A stretch of DNA of 64,000 bases, taken from positions 18,724,001-18,788,000 of the forward strand of contig NC_043021.1 in NCBI RefSeq assembly GCF_006345805.1. Direction: 5' to 3'. This document shows, piece after piece, positions 36,778-50,543 of the stretch (positions are counted from its first letter, which is position 1; every line of letters starts with the position of its first letter). Both the position numbers and the translations under genes were made by a program. Origin of the DNA: Octopus sinensis (taxonomy: Eukaryota). The notes under the pieces were generated by a model. That model saw only the letters and a list, made by a program, of their open reading frames with translations. It searched no databases and had not been told where the DNA came from.

Positions 36778-39438
36778 GTATGTATATATATCTATATATA
36801 TATGTGCATATATATATATATATGTATATATATATCTATATATATATGTGCATATATATATATATATATATCTATGTATATATATATATATATATATGTA
36901 TATGTATGTATATATATATATATATATATGTATATGTATATATTTATATGTATGCATATATATTCTTTCACTTGTTTCAGTCATTTTGACTGTGGCCATG
37001 ATGGAGCACTATGTTTAGTCGAGCAAATCGAACCCAGGACTTATTCTTTGTAAACCTAATACTTATTCTCTCGGTCTCTTTTGCTGAACCGCTAAGTTAC
37101 AGGGACGTAAACACACCAACATTGGTTGTCAAGCGATGTTGGGGGAACAGACACACAAACACACACACACACACATATATATACATACATATGACAGGCT
37201 TCTTTCAGTTTCCATCTACCAAATCCACTCCAAAGACTTTGGTTGGCCCAAGGCTATAGTAGAAGACACTTGCCGAAGGTGCCACGCAGTGGGACTGAAC
37301 CGGGAACCATGTGGTTGGTAAGCAAGCTACTTACCACATAGCCACTCCTGCACCTCTGTAAAACATTTTCTACAATCTAAACGAAAACAAGCCAAGTAAA
37401 AAAACAGAAAAGAAGTGGCAGAATGTCAGTGGCATGTTTTTGAACAACATATTGTATTTTCCAACATACAAGTCAACAGAGGACACAATGTAAACAGATA
37501 GTGTAAACAGAGTTTGCTTTCCAACCACATGGTTCTGGGTTCAGTCCCATTGCATGGCACCTTGGACTAGTGTCTTCTACTACAGCCTCAGGCCAACCAA
37601 AGCCTTGTGAGTGGATTTGGTAGATGGAAACAGAAATAAGCCCATTGTATATATGTGTCTGTATTTGTCCCACTTCACTGGTTGACAACCGGTGTTGGTG
37701 TATTTATGTCCTTGTAACTTAGCAGATTGGCAAAAGAGACCGATAGAATAAGTGCCAGGCTTCAAAAGAAAATAAGTCCTGGGGTCAATTCATTCGACCC
37801 TAATACTTCAAGATGGTGCCCCAGCATGGCCACAGTTTAATGACTGAAACAAGTAAAAATTGATAAAAACAAGATAAACTTCAAAAATAATATCTGTAAT
37901 GGATCCCCCAAGGGTTATCATCATCATCATCATCGTTTAACGTCTGTTTTCCATGCTGGCATGGGTTGGACAGTTTGACTGAGGTCTGGAAAGCCAGCAG
38001 CTGCACCAGGCCCCAATCTGATCTGGCAAGGTTTCTACAGCTGGATGCTCTTCCTAACACCAACCACTCTGAGAGTGTAGTGGGTGCTTTTTACGTGCCA
38101 CCGACACGGGAGCCAGTAAGGCGGTCATGGCATCGATCACGTTTGGATAGTGCTATTTATGTGCCACTGGCACGGGAACCAGTCAGGGGACACTGGCATC
38201 AACCATGTTTGGATGGTGCTTTTTATGTGTCACCGGCATAGGGGGTGCTGCATCGACCACATTCGGATGGTGCTTTTTACGTGCCAGCAGCACGGAAGCC
38301 AGTCAGGCAGACCTGGCATCGCCCACGTTCTGATTGTGCTTATATGGACTTCAATTGAAATCCACTGGTATAGAGAATTATCAAATGGTAATAAAGAAAG
38401 ACAATTTCAAGAATGAAGAAACCATATAAATTGATATACCTATTTCTTTACTACCTACAAGGGGCTGAACACAGAGGGGACAAACAAATGGATTAAGTCG
38501 ATTACATCGACCCCAGTACATAACTGGTACTTATTTAATCAACCCCGAAAGAATGAAAGGCAAAGTCGACTTCAGCGGAATTTAAATTCAGAACATAATG
38601 GCAGATGAAATACGGCTATGCATTTTGCCCAGTGTGCTAACGTTTCTGCTAGCTCGCCGCCTTGGTCTGAGAGATTCTTGAGAAAGTAATGCCAAGTTAT
38701 GCAGATCTATAAATGATCAGTAAACTATGATCATTCACTTTGAATTGCTGGCATTGTGTACTCTTTGCTAGGACTTGCTAATACATATCTCCTAATATAA
38801 TAATGAGCGTAGTGTTTTAATATATTTGTATGTATGTGTATATATATATATATATATATGACTGGCCTGGTGCAGCCTTCGGGCTCCCCAGACCCCAGTT
38901 GAACCGTCCAACCCATGCTAGCATGGAAAACGGACGCTAAATGATGATGATGATATATATATAAGACCCGGCAAGACCAGTGAGAACAGTTAAAATCAAA
39001 CCAAATCAACATCAGTGGAAATTGCAGCTGTGGTTAAGCGAACCATCCGATCGTTTGTCCGTTGCCAGCATCGCCTGGCCCCCGTGCCGTTGACACGTAA
39101 AAGCACCAGCCGCTCGTGTCCGTTGCCAGCCTCGCCTGGCCCCCGTGCTGGTAGCACGTAAAAGCACCATCCGTTCGTGTCTGTTGCCAGCCTCGCCTGG
39201 CCCCCGTGCCGTTGGCACGTAAAAGCACCATCCGCTCGTGGCCGTTTGCCAGGTCTGTCTGGCACCTGTGCAGGTGGCACGTAAAAAGCACCCACTACAC
39301 TCACGGAGTGGTTGGCGTTAGGAAGGGCATCCAGCCGTAGAAACACTGCCAAATCTGACGGGGCCTGATGAAGCCTTCCGGCTTCACAGACCCCAGTTAA
39401 ACCGTCCAACCCATGCTAGCATGGAAAACGGACGCTAA

Positions 39439-39470
<32 letters not shown>

Positions 39471-39726
39471 ATATGTGTTAGTCCAGAATCATGCCGGACA
39501 AGGAGGAGGAAAGAAAATAGCAATTCAGTGAAGGAGAAGTGGTGAGAGTAATAACCCTGACTGAGAGGGAATGAGAGAAAGTAATAGCAATGAGAGAAAG
39601 GAAGGGGTGAAAAAAATTAGCGTTTCAACTCTGTGGGAGTATATGTGTGTATGTGTGTGTGTATGTACAAGGGAAATATGTCACTGTTTGTATGTGTGAT
39701 TATTATGTATGTTATTTTGTACAGTA

Positions 39727-40098
39727 TTACCTCCACCTTCACTAAGGAAGAAGTATTGTTTTTAGTCATCTTTGTTTGTTTGTTTGTCCATGGACAAGAT
39801 ATCTCAAGAACCGCTGGATGGATTCAGATGAAATTTTCAGGGATGTTTGGCTTCATGACTGGCATGAACGGATTAGATTTTGAGATCAATCCGATATCGG
39901 ACAAGGATTCCGGATTTTTTTTTCCTGTTTTTTTACTTAATTTTTTAAAGTGGCTGGGTTCATTTTTAATATTCTCGTTTGTGAGAGCAGTTGAGTTTAT
40001 TTCAGATATTCTCATTTTAAAAATCATCTCTGGCTAATCATTGAGAGGACATTGGTGTTGTCTTGGCGGAGGTTTGCGCTCTCTGAGTGTTCTTGTTT
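39727..40098 (+). mobile_element. HINE / DINE-1-like non-autonomous Helentron element
   Basis: 5' TTACCTCC(A)CC subterminal repeat, (GTTT)n, 3' CTTGGCGGAGGT followed by hairpin GCGCTC-TCT-GAGTGT and a TT end. Confidence 0.7.
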
Positions 40099-42814
40099 AT
40101 ATATAAAATACTACAATTAGCCGTCATTATTGGTGACACATAGTCAGCTATTATTTAATATAACCTGAAAACCACACATGCGTTTAATTAAGATGAAAAT
40201 AATCACATTTACAAGAAAACGTAAATCATCGAAGCATGAAATGAGATTCGTGAATAGTTTCTCATGATCTCTAAATTTGTTTCACTGGACACGCTTATGA
40301 TAAAATCAATTATCACTATATCTACAATATTTTTTACTCATTTCAGTCATTGCACTGTGGCCATGCTGGGGCACCGTCTTGTAGAGTTTAGTTGAATAAA
40401 TCAACCCTAGAGCCTTTTTTTTTTTTTTAGCCTGGTGCTTATTCTATTGGTTTGTCTTTGCTGAACTGCAAAGTTATGGGGGATGTATCAAACCAACACC
40501 TGTTGGCAAGTGGTGTAGGGGGCAAACAAGCAAACAAAAACAGATGCGCACACACACAAATACATACGTACATCCATATATATATATATATAGGTGTAGG
40601 AGTGGCTGTTTGGTAAGTAGCTTGCTTACTAACCACATGGTTCCGGGTTCAGTCCCACTGCATGGCACCTTTGGCAAGTGTCTTCTACTATAGCCTCGAG
40701 CCAACCAAGGCCTTGTGAGTGGATTTGGTAGACGGAAACTGAAAGAAGGCCGTCCTATATATGTATATGTGTGTGTGTATATATTTGTGTGTCTGTGCTT
40801 GTCCCCCCAACATCGCTTGACAACCGATGCTGATATGTTTATGTCCCTGTAACTTAGTAGTTCGGCAAAAGAGGCCGATAGAATAAGTACTAGGCTTACA
40901 AAGAATAAGTCCTGGGGTCGATTTGCTTGACTAAAGGCGGTGCTCCAGCTTGGTCACAGTCAAATGACTGAAACAAGTAAAAGAGTATATATATATATAT
41001 ATATATAAGATAAACTTACTTGGAAATGGATGCATGGCGTTCAATCATATAATAGAATATATAATATATATATATATGCATATATACATACATATATATA
41101 CATATACACATGCATATATGGGTACAGGACATCAAGCGTAAACAACATGAAATGCGGAAACATAAAGAACGACCCTTCATCATCTGTCGGCTATTTTATC
41201 TACTCCACAGTTCGCTCTAAGACACATCTTGTCGTAATTGCTCGTAATTGACCTATTTTTAAAATTGTCTTTTGTTTCACCTTCCAAACTTAGCAGAGGT
41301 AAACCAAGGGTCATCGATACTAAGACTATTTTTTTTTTAACAAATATATATATATATTTCTTTACAACCCACAAGGGGCTAAACATAGAGGGGACAAACA
41401 AGGACAGACAAAGGGATTAAGTCGATTACATCGACCCCAGTGCAAAATTGGTACTTAATTTATCGACCCCAAAAGGATGAAAGGCAAAGTCGACCTCGGC
41501 GGAATTTGAACTCAGGACGTAACGACAGACAAAATACCGCTAAGCATTTCGCTTGGCGCACTAACGTTTCTGCCAGCTTGCCACCTTTTTTTAATAACAC
41601 CAATACCTCCAAAAGATGACTGGCATCCGTGCTAGTGGAGCGCTAAGAGCACCATCCGGTGGCATGTGAAAAAAACATTCATGCGAGGTCATTGCCAGTG
41701 CAACTGGACTGACTCCTGTGCAGGTGGCATGTAAAAAACACCATTTGAGCGTGGCCGTTGCCAGTAATGCCTGACTGGCCCTCGTACAGGTGGCACGTAA
41801 AAACACCCACTAGACTCTTGGAGTGGTTGGCGTTAGGAAGGGCATCAAGCTGTAGAAACTCTGCCAGATCAGATTGGAGCCTGGTGCAAGCCATCCGGTT
41901 TGCCAGACCTCAGTCAAATCGTCCAACCCATGCTAGCATGGAAAGCAGACGTTAAATGATGATGATGATGATGATGATCACGACGACAGAATTTAACTGG
42001 GAAAAAATTGGAGGTTGAGCAGAAAAATACTGATACACATCACAATTTTTTCAAAATTTCAAGTTTCCTTTTGAGGATATATATGTGATGTGTGTGCATC
42101 TACCAAAATTTTTTTTTTTTTTCACATTAGGTGTAGGAGTGGCTGTGTGGTAAGTAGCTTGCTTACCAACCACATGGTTCCGGGTTCATTTCCACTGCAT
42201 GGCACCTTGGGCAAGTGTCTTTTACTATAGTCTCGGGCCGACCAAAGCCTTGTGAGTGGATTTGGTAGCGGAAACTGTAAGAAGCCCGTCGCATATGTGT
42301 TTATATATATATATATATGTATGTGTGTGTATATGTTTGTGTCTGTGTTTGTCCCCCCAACATCGCTAACAACCGATGCTGGTGTGTTTACAACCCCGTA
42401 ACTTAGCGGTTCGGCAAAAGATCCCGATAGAATAAGTACTAGGCTTACAAAGAATAAGTCCTGGGGTCGATTTGCTCGACTAAAAGCGGTGCTCCATCAT
42501 GGCCACAGTCAAATGACTGAAACAAGTAAAAGAGTAAAGAGAGTAGAAGAGTATTAAATTCTGATATAACCGTAATCTACACCGTCTGAAAATTTTCTTC
42601 GTTAAAAAATACCTATCTTTCAGAAAGTTATGAAGAAACAAAATGCCCTTCCGCTCCGCCAAGAGAGAAAAAAAAAGGATCACAGGAGCTTCCGTTATCT
42701 GTGCCATCTCGTAGTTATTTGCATAAATTTTCATTAAATAATATCTATTTTTCTGAAAGTTATGAGATAACAAAATCGAGAAAAGAGCACATTTATGTAG
42801 GTATGCGGGCAATC

Positions 42815-43176
42815 TTTCCGTCGATTTCCGTAAAAAAAATTTTTTTTTCTACATATGGGCTTGCGGGAACTTTTGAAGTAATGAGAGGGAAAGAGACTAA
42901 GAGAAAGCGATTGTATGACGAGGGAAGTTCTTTTGAAGTTACCGTGCATGGGAGCATTGATGGACATGTGTGTGTTTGATGGGGTGTGGGAGACAGACAG
43001 TATGTTGTGTAAGTGAAGTGCTTCTGTTAGTGTGTGTGAAGAGACAGAGTAATGTGTGAAAGAAAGAGATAACTGAAATTTTTTACTCGGTGTATGTGTA
43101 TATGTATGTATATTACTTCAAAAGTTCCCGCAAGCCCATATGTAAAAAAAAATTTTTTTACGGAAATCGACGGAAA
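42815..43176. mobile_element. MITE-like inverted repeat (~66-bp arms) inside a larger ~42575-43280 element
   Basis: 42815-42882 is the reverse complement of 43112-43176. Confidence 0.7.
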
Positions 43177-43737
43177 AGTCTACTAGAGACGAAAGATTGC
43201 CGGTACGCCCAAGTTTCCTCACTATTATCACGCCACGACGCAAAATTATGGTAAAAAAAAATATACATCAAATATAGCACACAGTTGGATCGAACCCGAG
43301 ATCTCATAATCGCTAAGCCAACCTCTTTATCCACTCGACTGTGTCCCCCCAATTATTCGCTCTTGTTTGTTTGTTTGTTTGTTTTTTACCTTATGCACGT
43401 ACGAATGTTTTCTCCTATTCCTTCTCCTTTACACCTCTTCCTCTTCCTCACGCCTATTCCATTCATTTATTCATTCATTAGTATTTATTAGTACAAAGAA
43501 CGATAACAATGGTAAACCTCTCTGCTGCCAGCCACTGACTACTACGACCTTAGTAGAGTACAAGTTGCTTTTACTGCGCTGCCAACGACACCAACGCCAT
43601 TCCAAGACGTTTAGCTTCTTCTCTTCTCTCGTTCATTCTACTTTCCTTCCGTTCACTCAAGCAACTGTGCTTCCCCCTCTCTTTCTCTCTCCTCCTCCGC
43701 CCCTCTCTCTCTCTCTCTCTATCTATCTATCTGTCTG

Positions 43738-43812
<75 letters not shown>

Positions 43813-44739
43813 ATCTCTCTATTTCTCTCTCTCTCTCTCTCTATCTATCTCTCTATCTATCTAGCTATCTCCCTCCCTCCGTCTCTCTCGCCACCATCTA
43901 ACCCTTGGGTGCATTTTAGCAGAGACCGCTCTCTTCTCATTTGTTGCAAAGTACTCAGGCCAGAACTACGGGCCTTACCTGAGAGGGGCAAACGTGTCCC
44001 CTCACCCAATTGCTCCTATCTGTCATTTCAAATGAAAAAAATCACGGACGACACAGTCGGATGGAGTCACACACTCGCCTTCTTTCTTTACACCTCCCCT
44101 TCTTTCATACCCTCTCTCTCTCTCTCTCTCCTAGCCTCCCCCTCTCTTCACGCTCCCTCTTTCTCCTACGCATATATATAATACACTTTCTAATTTCCGT
44201 TATTTTACTCTTCTCTTCTCTTTCTCTTCCGTTCCGTTCATTCTTATTCCTCTTCATTCTTCTACTCCCCCCTCTCTCTCTCCATCTATCTATCTATGAA
44301 TATTTCTGCTCCTTTCATCTTCGTCACGTCTTCGCCTACATCACACCACTCTCTCTCTCGCTCTCTCTCCCTCCTATCTCTCTCTCGCTCTCTCTCTCTC
44401 TCTCTCGCTCTCTCTCCTTCTCTCTCTCGCTCTCTCTCCCTCTCTCTCTAGCTCTCTCTCCCTCTCTCTCTCTCTCTCTTTGTATTCTCTCACTTGTTCA
44501 GTCACCCTCTCTCTCTCTCAGTCTCAGCCTCGGCCTCCACCTTCGCCTCTCCCTCCCGCTTCGCCCTCACGCTGCTTACAAAAGTAGTACGGCAATAAGT
44601 CAATTCCTTCTAGAAAAACGGTGGCAGCAGCAGGAGAAGCGGCAACAGAGCCGTTTCTGTAGTTCTTGATGCAACAGCCATTTGCTCTCTTCACTCTATC
44701 CAATAATACTTAATCTACACACACTATTAGTGCATTGAA

Positions 44740-44741
<2 letters not shown>

Positions 44742-44818
<77 letters not shown>

Positions 44819-44835
44819 GTCTGTCTATTTATCTG

Positions 44836-44894
<59 letters not shown>

Positions 44895-44911
44895 GTTTAT
44901 CTGTCTATCTG

Positions 44912-45002
<91 letters not shown>

Positions 45003-45044
45003 GTCTGTCTGTCTATCTGTCCATCTATCTGTCTGTCTGTCTAT

Positions 45045-45126
<82 letters not shown>

Positions 45127-45235
45127 GTCTGTCTGTCTGTCTGTCTGTCTGCCTGTCTGTCTATCTATCTATCTATTTATCTGTCTATCTATATATCTGT
45201 CTGTCTGTCTGTCTGTCTGTCTGCCTGTCTATCTA

Positions 45236-45267
<32 letters not shown>

Positions 45268-45297
45268 CTTGTCTGTCTGTCTGTTTGTCTGTCTATG
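44742..45297. repeat. (TCTA/TCTG)n tetranucleotide microsatellite
   Basis: Direct reading; a similar tract lies at 43715-43862. Confidence 0.95.
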
Positions 45298-45652
45298 TAT
45301 GTATGTATCCAGGTATATACGTATGCATGCATGGATGTATACATACAAGCATGTATGTATGAATATTGATATAAGGAGTAAAAAAAAAAAGATGCTTGCA
45401 TCTCTCCTGACACATGGGAGGGCATAGCTATTGATCGTAGCAGGTGGAGAAGGACTGTGCACGAGGGCGCATGAGAAAGTAAGGAGGGATGTCAGGAAGG
45501 GTATCGCTGTAACACTTCCAGATGGGAAGGGTATTCCTAAGATGCTGACATGCAGTGTCTGTACAAGACCCTGCCTCAGACCCCGGTCGAACCGTCCAAC
45601 CCGTGCTAGCGCGGAAAACGGACGTTAAACGATGATGATGATATATATATAT

Positions 45653-45755
45653 ATGAAAATAGTAATGCAATACGAGAGTATTGCCTTCCAGTAAAGGATA
45701 GCCCGTGAGGGTAAAATTATACATAAAAGTAAATAAATGGTACAACGAAGCACGG
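45653..45755 (-). mobile_element. Fragment spanning the end-to-start junction of the 48807-49224 hammerhead unit
   Basis: Minus strand reads gtgcttcgttgtaccatttatttacttttatgtata-attttaccct-cacgggctatcctttactgga..ttgcatt. Confidence 0.85.
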
Positions 45756-46159
45756 AAGCCAATATATATATATGCAATGGGCTTCTTTCAGTTTCAATCT
45801 TACAGTGTAGTCACAAGGCTTTGGTTGACCCAGGGCTTCGTTAGAAGACACTAGCCCAAGGTGCCATGCAGCAGGCCTGAACCTGGAGCCATAAGGTTGG
45901 GAAGCAAATTTCTTACCACACAGCCATGCCTGCATGTGAAGAAATTTCAAATAAAATCAAAATTAATTGGCTAAAAGTAATGTCTCAAAAAAAAAAAAGG
46001 GTTGTGGTTTTTGTAATCACACAAAACTGCTATAGTGAAGAAGTTTAGAATACAAAAAATGAAATTTTTAAAAGGCCATAACGATTTCATTATTAAATGC
46101 ACGAGAAAATGGCAGTATACACGCACATATACATATGTACATATATACATATATTTATA

Positions 46160-46425
46160 CATGATGGCTTCCCCCTCGTTATCGAGTATGGCCATTGCAC
46201 GAAGCTTAACTGTTATTGGTGCTGTGATCGAATGTGACTTTTTAGCCTAGCTAAAGATCTACGATGTCTTGTACAAAATTGGCAGCTAAAACCTTTACCG
46301 GTAATAGCCGGCAGTAGTTGTAACTGGGCTTCATGTACCTTTGCATGTCGTTTAAGTCCTTCTGCCGAATTACACTCTCTTCCACATGCCCGACAGATAT
46401 GATTAGTATGGTGTGTAACACCACC
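46160..46425 (-). pseudogene. 3' end of an RTE/RTEX-type LINE with two C-terminal C2H2 fingers
   Basis: CRACGRECNSAEGLKRHAKVH and CQFCTRHRRSLARLKSHIRSQH, then a short 3'UTR ending ...ATACTCGATAACGAGGGGGAAGCCATCAT. Confidence 0.65.
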
Positions 46426-46924
46426 TCCTTTTTTTTTTTTTTTTTTTTTTTGTGCTACCGGCACAGAACCCATTCGAGGCGGGGTTGGCATCGGTCACGT
46501 TCGGATGGTGCCTTTTATGTGCCACCGGCACAGAAGCCAGTGGAGGCTGCACTGGCGACGGCCACGTTCAGATGGTGCTTTTTATGTGTCACCGGCACAG
46601 GTATCACAACTACTACTGTTTCCATTGATATTTGGTTTGATGTTCATGTACATGCACTTGACTCAACAGGTCTCCTCAAGCACAGCGAGATGTTCCGGGA
46701 TCCCACGATCGGTTGGTGCTTTTTAAGCCAGTCGGGGCGGTGCTGGCATCGGCCATGTTTGGACGTTGCTTTTTATGTGCCACCGGCACAGAAGCCATTC
46801 GAGGCGGGGTTGGCATCGGTCACGTTTGGATGGTGCTTTTTATGTGCCACCGGCACAGAAGCCAGTGGAGGCTGCACTGGCAACGGCCACATTCGGATGG
46901 TGCTTTTTATGTGTCACCGGCACA

Positions 46925-47229
46925 GGTATCACAACTACTGTTTCCATTGATATTTGGTTCGATATTCATGTGCCACCGGCACGGAAGCCATTCGAGGCGG
47001 GGGTTGAGGTATCACAACTACTGTTTCCATTGATATTTGGTTCGATATTCATGTGCCACCGGCACGGAAGCCATTCGAGGCGGGGGTTGAGGTATCACAA
47101 CTACTGTTTCCATTGATATTTGGTTCGATATTCATGTGCCACCGGCACGGAAGCCATTCGAGGCGGGGGTTGAGGTATCACAACTACTGTTTCCATTGAT
47201 ATTTGGTTCGATATTCATGTGCCACCGGC
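46925..47229. repeat. 83-bp tandem repeat (~3.7 copies) inside an RTE 3'UTR
   Basis: Unit starts at 46926, 47009, 47092 and 47175. Confidence 0.9.
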
Positions 47230-47284
47230 GCAGAAGCCAGTCGGGGCGGTGCTGGCATCGGCCACGTATATATAAATATATTGG

Positions 47285-47710
47285 TGAACTTGGTACATAT
47301 AGTTCCCAAGGCTCCAACAATAGCAACAGGTGCAACACTTACCTTTTGAAATGACCACAGGTTTTTTTATTACCTGCTTCAAATTCTCATATCTGACTTA
47401 TTTCCCGTACTCACTCATCACCATGGTATGCAAAATCTATTATTAAACTAGTTTTCTTTTTCCTTCTTATTCACGTCACAATATCCGGCTTTTGGTTTCC
47501 AATTTCACAATCACGCTGGACCATTGCATACCATAGTAACTTTACCTTGTCATTCTCGATTACTCCTCCTGGAGTTTATACATACCATGTCTTTGCTCCT
47601 CTATCCCAATCCATATTTGCTACACAATTCCCAATGAATCATTTTGCACCATTATCAAGGTCTTTTTTTTTATTATATTCCTTTTGAGCCAGCTTCATGT
47701 ACCCACATGA
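47285..47710 (-). pseudogene. Old Dong/R4-clade LINE fragment (restriction-like endonuclease region)
   Basis: Frameshifted peptides IHWELCSKYG, WY..TP..VIENDKVKLLW, QKPDIV, VGALGTI. Confidence 0.75.
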
Positions 47711-47809
47711 TGTATTGGGGTCAAAGTAATTGACTTTTCCACCTCCCCTAAGATCGATAGCATTGTGCCAGAGTGTGAAACCATTATCATTATTATTATT
47801 ATTATTATT

Positions 47810-48266
47810 CTATGTTTGACTTTATGTCTGTACAAGTTGGCTCCAAGTCTCACACAGAGACCTCAAGAGACAACAGGTTCGAAGTTCACGTTGTTGTTAT
47901 GCCTAGTGTGCCATATATTTGTTTTTTTTTCTTTTTTGGTGTTGTACTAGTGAATGTCTAATACATAAATTAAAAAAAAAAAAAAAGTTTGTTTTAAACC
48001 TTGGGATTACATAGAGAGTATTTTACGTAGGATATGAGCAGTTCCCATGAGCACTATCTTTTGAATTTCTGCCATTCTGGGGTTTCCTGGTATCTGAGTT
48101 AGGTAGCAATCAGCCCCATTTGCTATCATTCCCAGGGCACCTATGACAACAGGTATTGTTTTAGTCTTCAGCTTCCACATTTTGCTGATTTCTATTTCAA
48201 GATCTTTATATTTGCTCAGTTTTTGGTAGGTCTTGACAGATACATTTATATCGATTGGGACAGTCA

Positions 48267-48268
<2 letters not shown>
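47810..48268 (-). mobile_element. 5'-truncated Dong/R4-clade LINE in a (TAA)n target
   Basis: VPIDINVSVKTYQKLSKYKDLEIEISKMW..PVVIGALG RLE C-terminus, stop at 48007, 3'UTR; (ATT)n on both sides. Confidence 0.85.
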
Positions 48269-48313
<45 letters not shown>

Positions 48314-48445
48314 TTGTTATTCAAATTCTGCCAAGGTCAATTTTGTTTTTCATCCTTTCGGAGTCGATAAATTAAGTACTGGGGTCAATGTAATCGACTG
48401 GTCACTACACATTCTTTATTTTCTCTCCTTGTTTCTTTCCGTGTT

Positions 48446-48483
48446 TCTTTCTGTAGAAGAGCGTAGGCTCGAAATGTTAAAGA
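48446..48483 (+). ncRNA. Hammerhead-like motif with variant core CUGUNGA, in a ~160-bp TA-associated repeat
   Basis: tcttt CTGTAGA a gagc-gtag-gctc GAAA tgtt aaaga. Second copy at 57293-57330; tail-only copy at 8768-8836 (minus). Confidence 0.6.
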
Positions 48484-48806
48484 CTTTTTCACTTCCCGAG
48501 CGTTAAACTAATACATCTGTTGTCTACACCACCTGTCTTCGTCTTTTGTTTTTTGTGAATTCTTGCTATATATATATATATATCATCATCATCATCATCA
48601 TTTAATGTCTGCTTTCCATGCTAGCATGGGTTGGACAATTTGACTGAGGACTGACGAACCAGATGTCTGCACCAGGCTCCAATCTGATCTGGTAGAGTTT
48701 CTAAAGCTGGATGCCCTTTCTAACACCAACCACTCTGAGAGTGTAGTGAGTGTTTTTACGTGTCACCGGCACAAGGGCCAGTCTGGCAGTACTGGCAATG
48801 GCCATG

Positions 48807-49224
48807 CACGGGCTATCCTTTACTGGAAAGCAATACTCTCGTATTGCATTATTATTTTCATTGAAACTCTTCACTGTTCTCGTACTGTTAACGTTTTGGT
48901 GTTCAGACGAGTGTACTGGCATAGATGTGGCAACATTTGAAATATTGTTGAGGTTTATGCAGCTGATGAAGATAAATCAAATATACGTTTGGCAAGCGTA
49001 TTTTGAAAAATCTGAAACCGGTACTGCATTATCCGTTATCTAGGTTTTTCATTTTTCAGATGTTCTTCCTAGAGGTAAGACAATTTTTTTCATGTTTGTT
49101 GCACACACGCATCTTTACTAGTACATACGTAGTGAAGCTATACATTAGCGTCGTATTTATTACGTTCGCTATTTTCCAGTAAATATCGGTGCTTCGTTGT
49201 ACCATTTATTTACTTTTATGTATA
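48807..49224 (+). mobile_element. Retrozyme-like monomer (~428 nt) carrying one hammerhead
   Basis: Non-coding, ends in a TA microsatellite, circularly permuted relative to 45653-45755. Confidence 0.7.
48957..49029 (+). ncRNA. Type I hammerhead ribozyme, canonical core
   Basis: Stem I atgcag/ctgcat; CTGATGA; stem II agat/atct extended by tcaaa(t)atacg/cgtattttga; GAAA; palindromic ACCGGT stem III; GUA triplet ending at 49023. Confidence 0.85.
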
Positions 49225-49875
49225 TATATATATTATATATATATATATATGCTGAGACCCCCTTCGGTCATGACTGACCATGGAATTGAACCTAGAAAGT
49301 TATCCTCCCAGGCACAAGTCCGGGCAAGGTTGTTTATGGAAGACCAGCAGTCGCCCATGCACACCAGCCTCCCCTCTCCACGCCACCAGTGTTATCCAAG
49401 GGAAAGGCAAAGGGGCCGATATAGCTTGGCACCTGTGACGCCACAACTCATTTCTACAGCTGAGTGAACTGGAGCAACGTGAAACAAAGTGTCTTGCTCA
49501 AGAACATAATATGCAGCTCGGTCCAGGAATCGAACTCACAACCTCAAGATCATAAGCTCGATGCACTAACCACTGAGCTATGCACCTTCACATTCAGAGG
49601 AGAGTATATTAAATAAAATCATAATTAACCAATCCACCCCCTGTATATATTCAGTAACCAAAGACTCTTTTATTCTATATTCTCTTAACCCCCTCATACC
49701 AACCTTTAACAACCCTAACTTCATAAATCCAAAAATTATTTGTAAACCCAAATTTTAACCTGCATTTTTCATTTTCTCTTCAAAAATAATATGAAAAGGA
49801 ATGAAAAACCTTATTGATATTCCTGTAATTTAGAATATCTGGTGTGAGCAAATAAATGTATGACTGCTACCATTA

Positions 49876-50087
49876 TACATTATTTACATTTGACGGATAT
49901 TTGTCCTCATCTTGTTTGTTGTTCACACAACATTTCGGCTGATATACCCTCCAGCCTTCTTCAGGTGTCTTGGGGAAATTTCGAACCTGGGTTCTCATTC
50001 CTTTCATATCGTCAGCCACTAAGGCAACGTGCTCAGCTTGTTATGGTCAAACAACTGACAAGCAAATCTGTGGTATTGAGCAGAATA

Positions 50088-50141
<54 letters not shown>

Positions 50142-50543
50142 TATGTTTGACTTTTGCTTTACATTTGCACAAGCTGGCTCCAAGTCTCACCCAGAGACCT
50201 TAAGAGGCAACAAGTTGGAAGTTCATGTTGGTGTTATGCCTAGGGTGCCATATATTTGGTTTTGTACTTAGTGTTGTACTAGTGAATGTCTAAAAAACCA
50301 TACGAAAATTATATTTGTTTTAAAACTTGAGATTACATAGAAAGTATTTTGCGTAGGATTATTATTATCATTATTATTATTATTATTATTATTCAGGTCA
50401 CTGCCTGGAATTGAACTTGGAATCTTGGGGTTAGTAACCTGCGTTCTTAACCACTATGCCATATGCCCGTGGGACACATATCCGTCAAATGTAAATAATG
50501 TAAATAATGTACATAATTCCTCATCTCTTAAATATAGAACTGT
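49876..50543 (-). mobile_element. Family H SINE (minus), interrupted by a Dong/R4 3' end, with an inverted 3'-end copy at 50478-50543
   Basis: Hammerhead ~49925-49970 (core intact), head 50396-50473, Dong 3' fragment 50141-50360 lying between (ATT)n tracts. Confidence 0.85.

Noticed and set aside
46213-46491. Host C2H2 zinc-finger gene
   Set aside because: No TGEKP linkers or splice sites, 5'-truncated, followed by a LINE-type 3' tail.
46455-47265. CRISPR-like palindromic repeats (GTGCCACCGGCAC)
   Set aside because: Intervening sequences are themselves repeated; part of an RTE 3'UTR.
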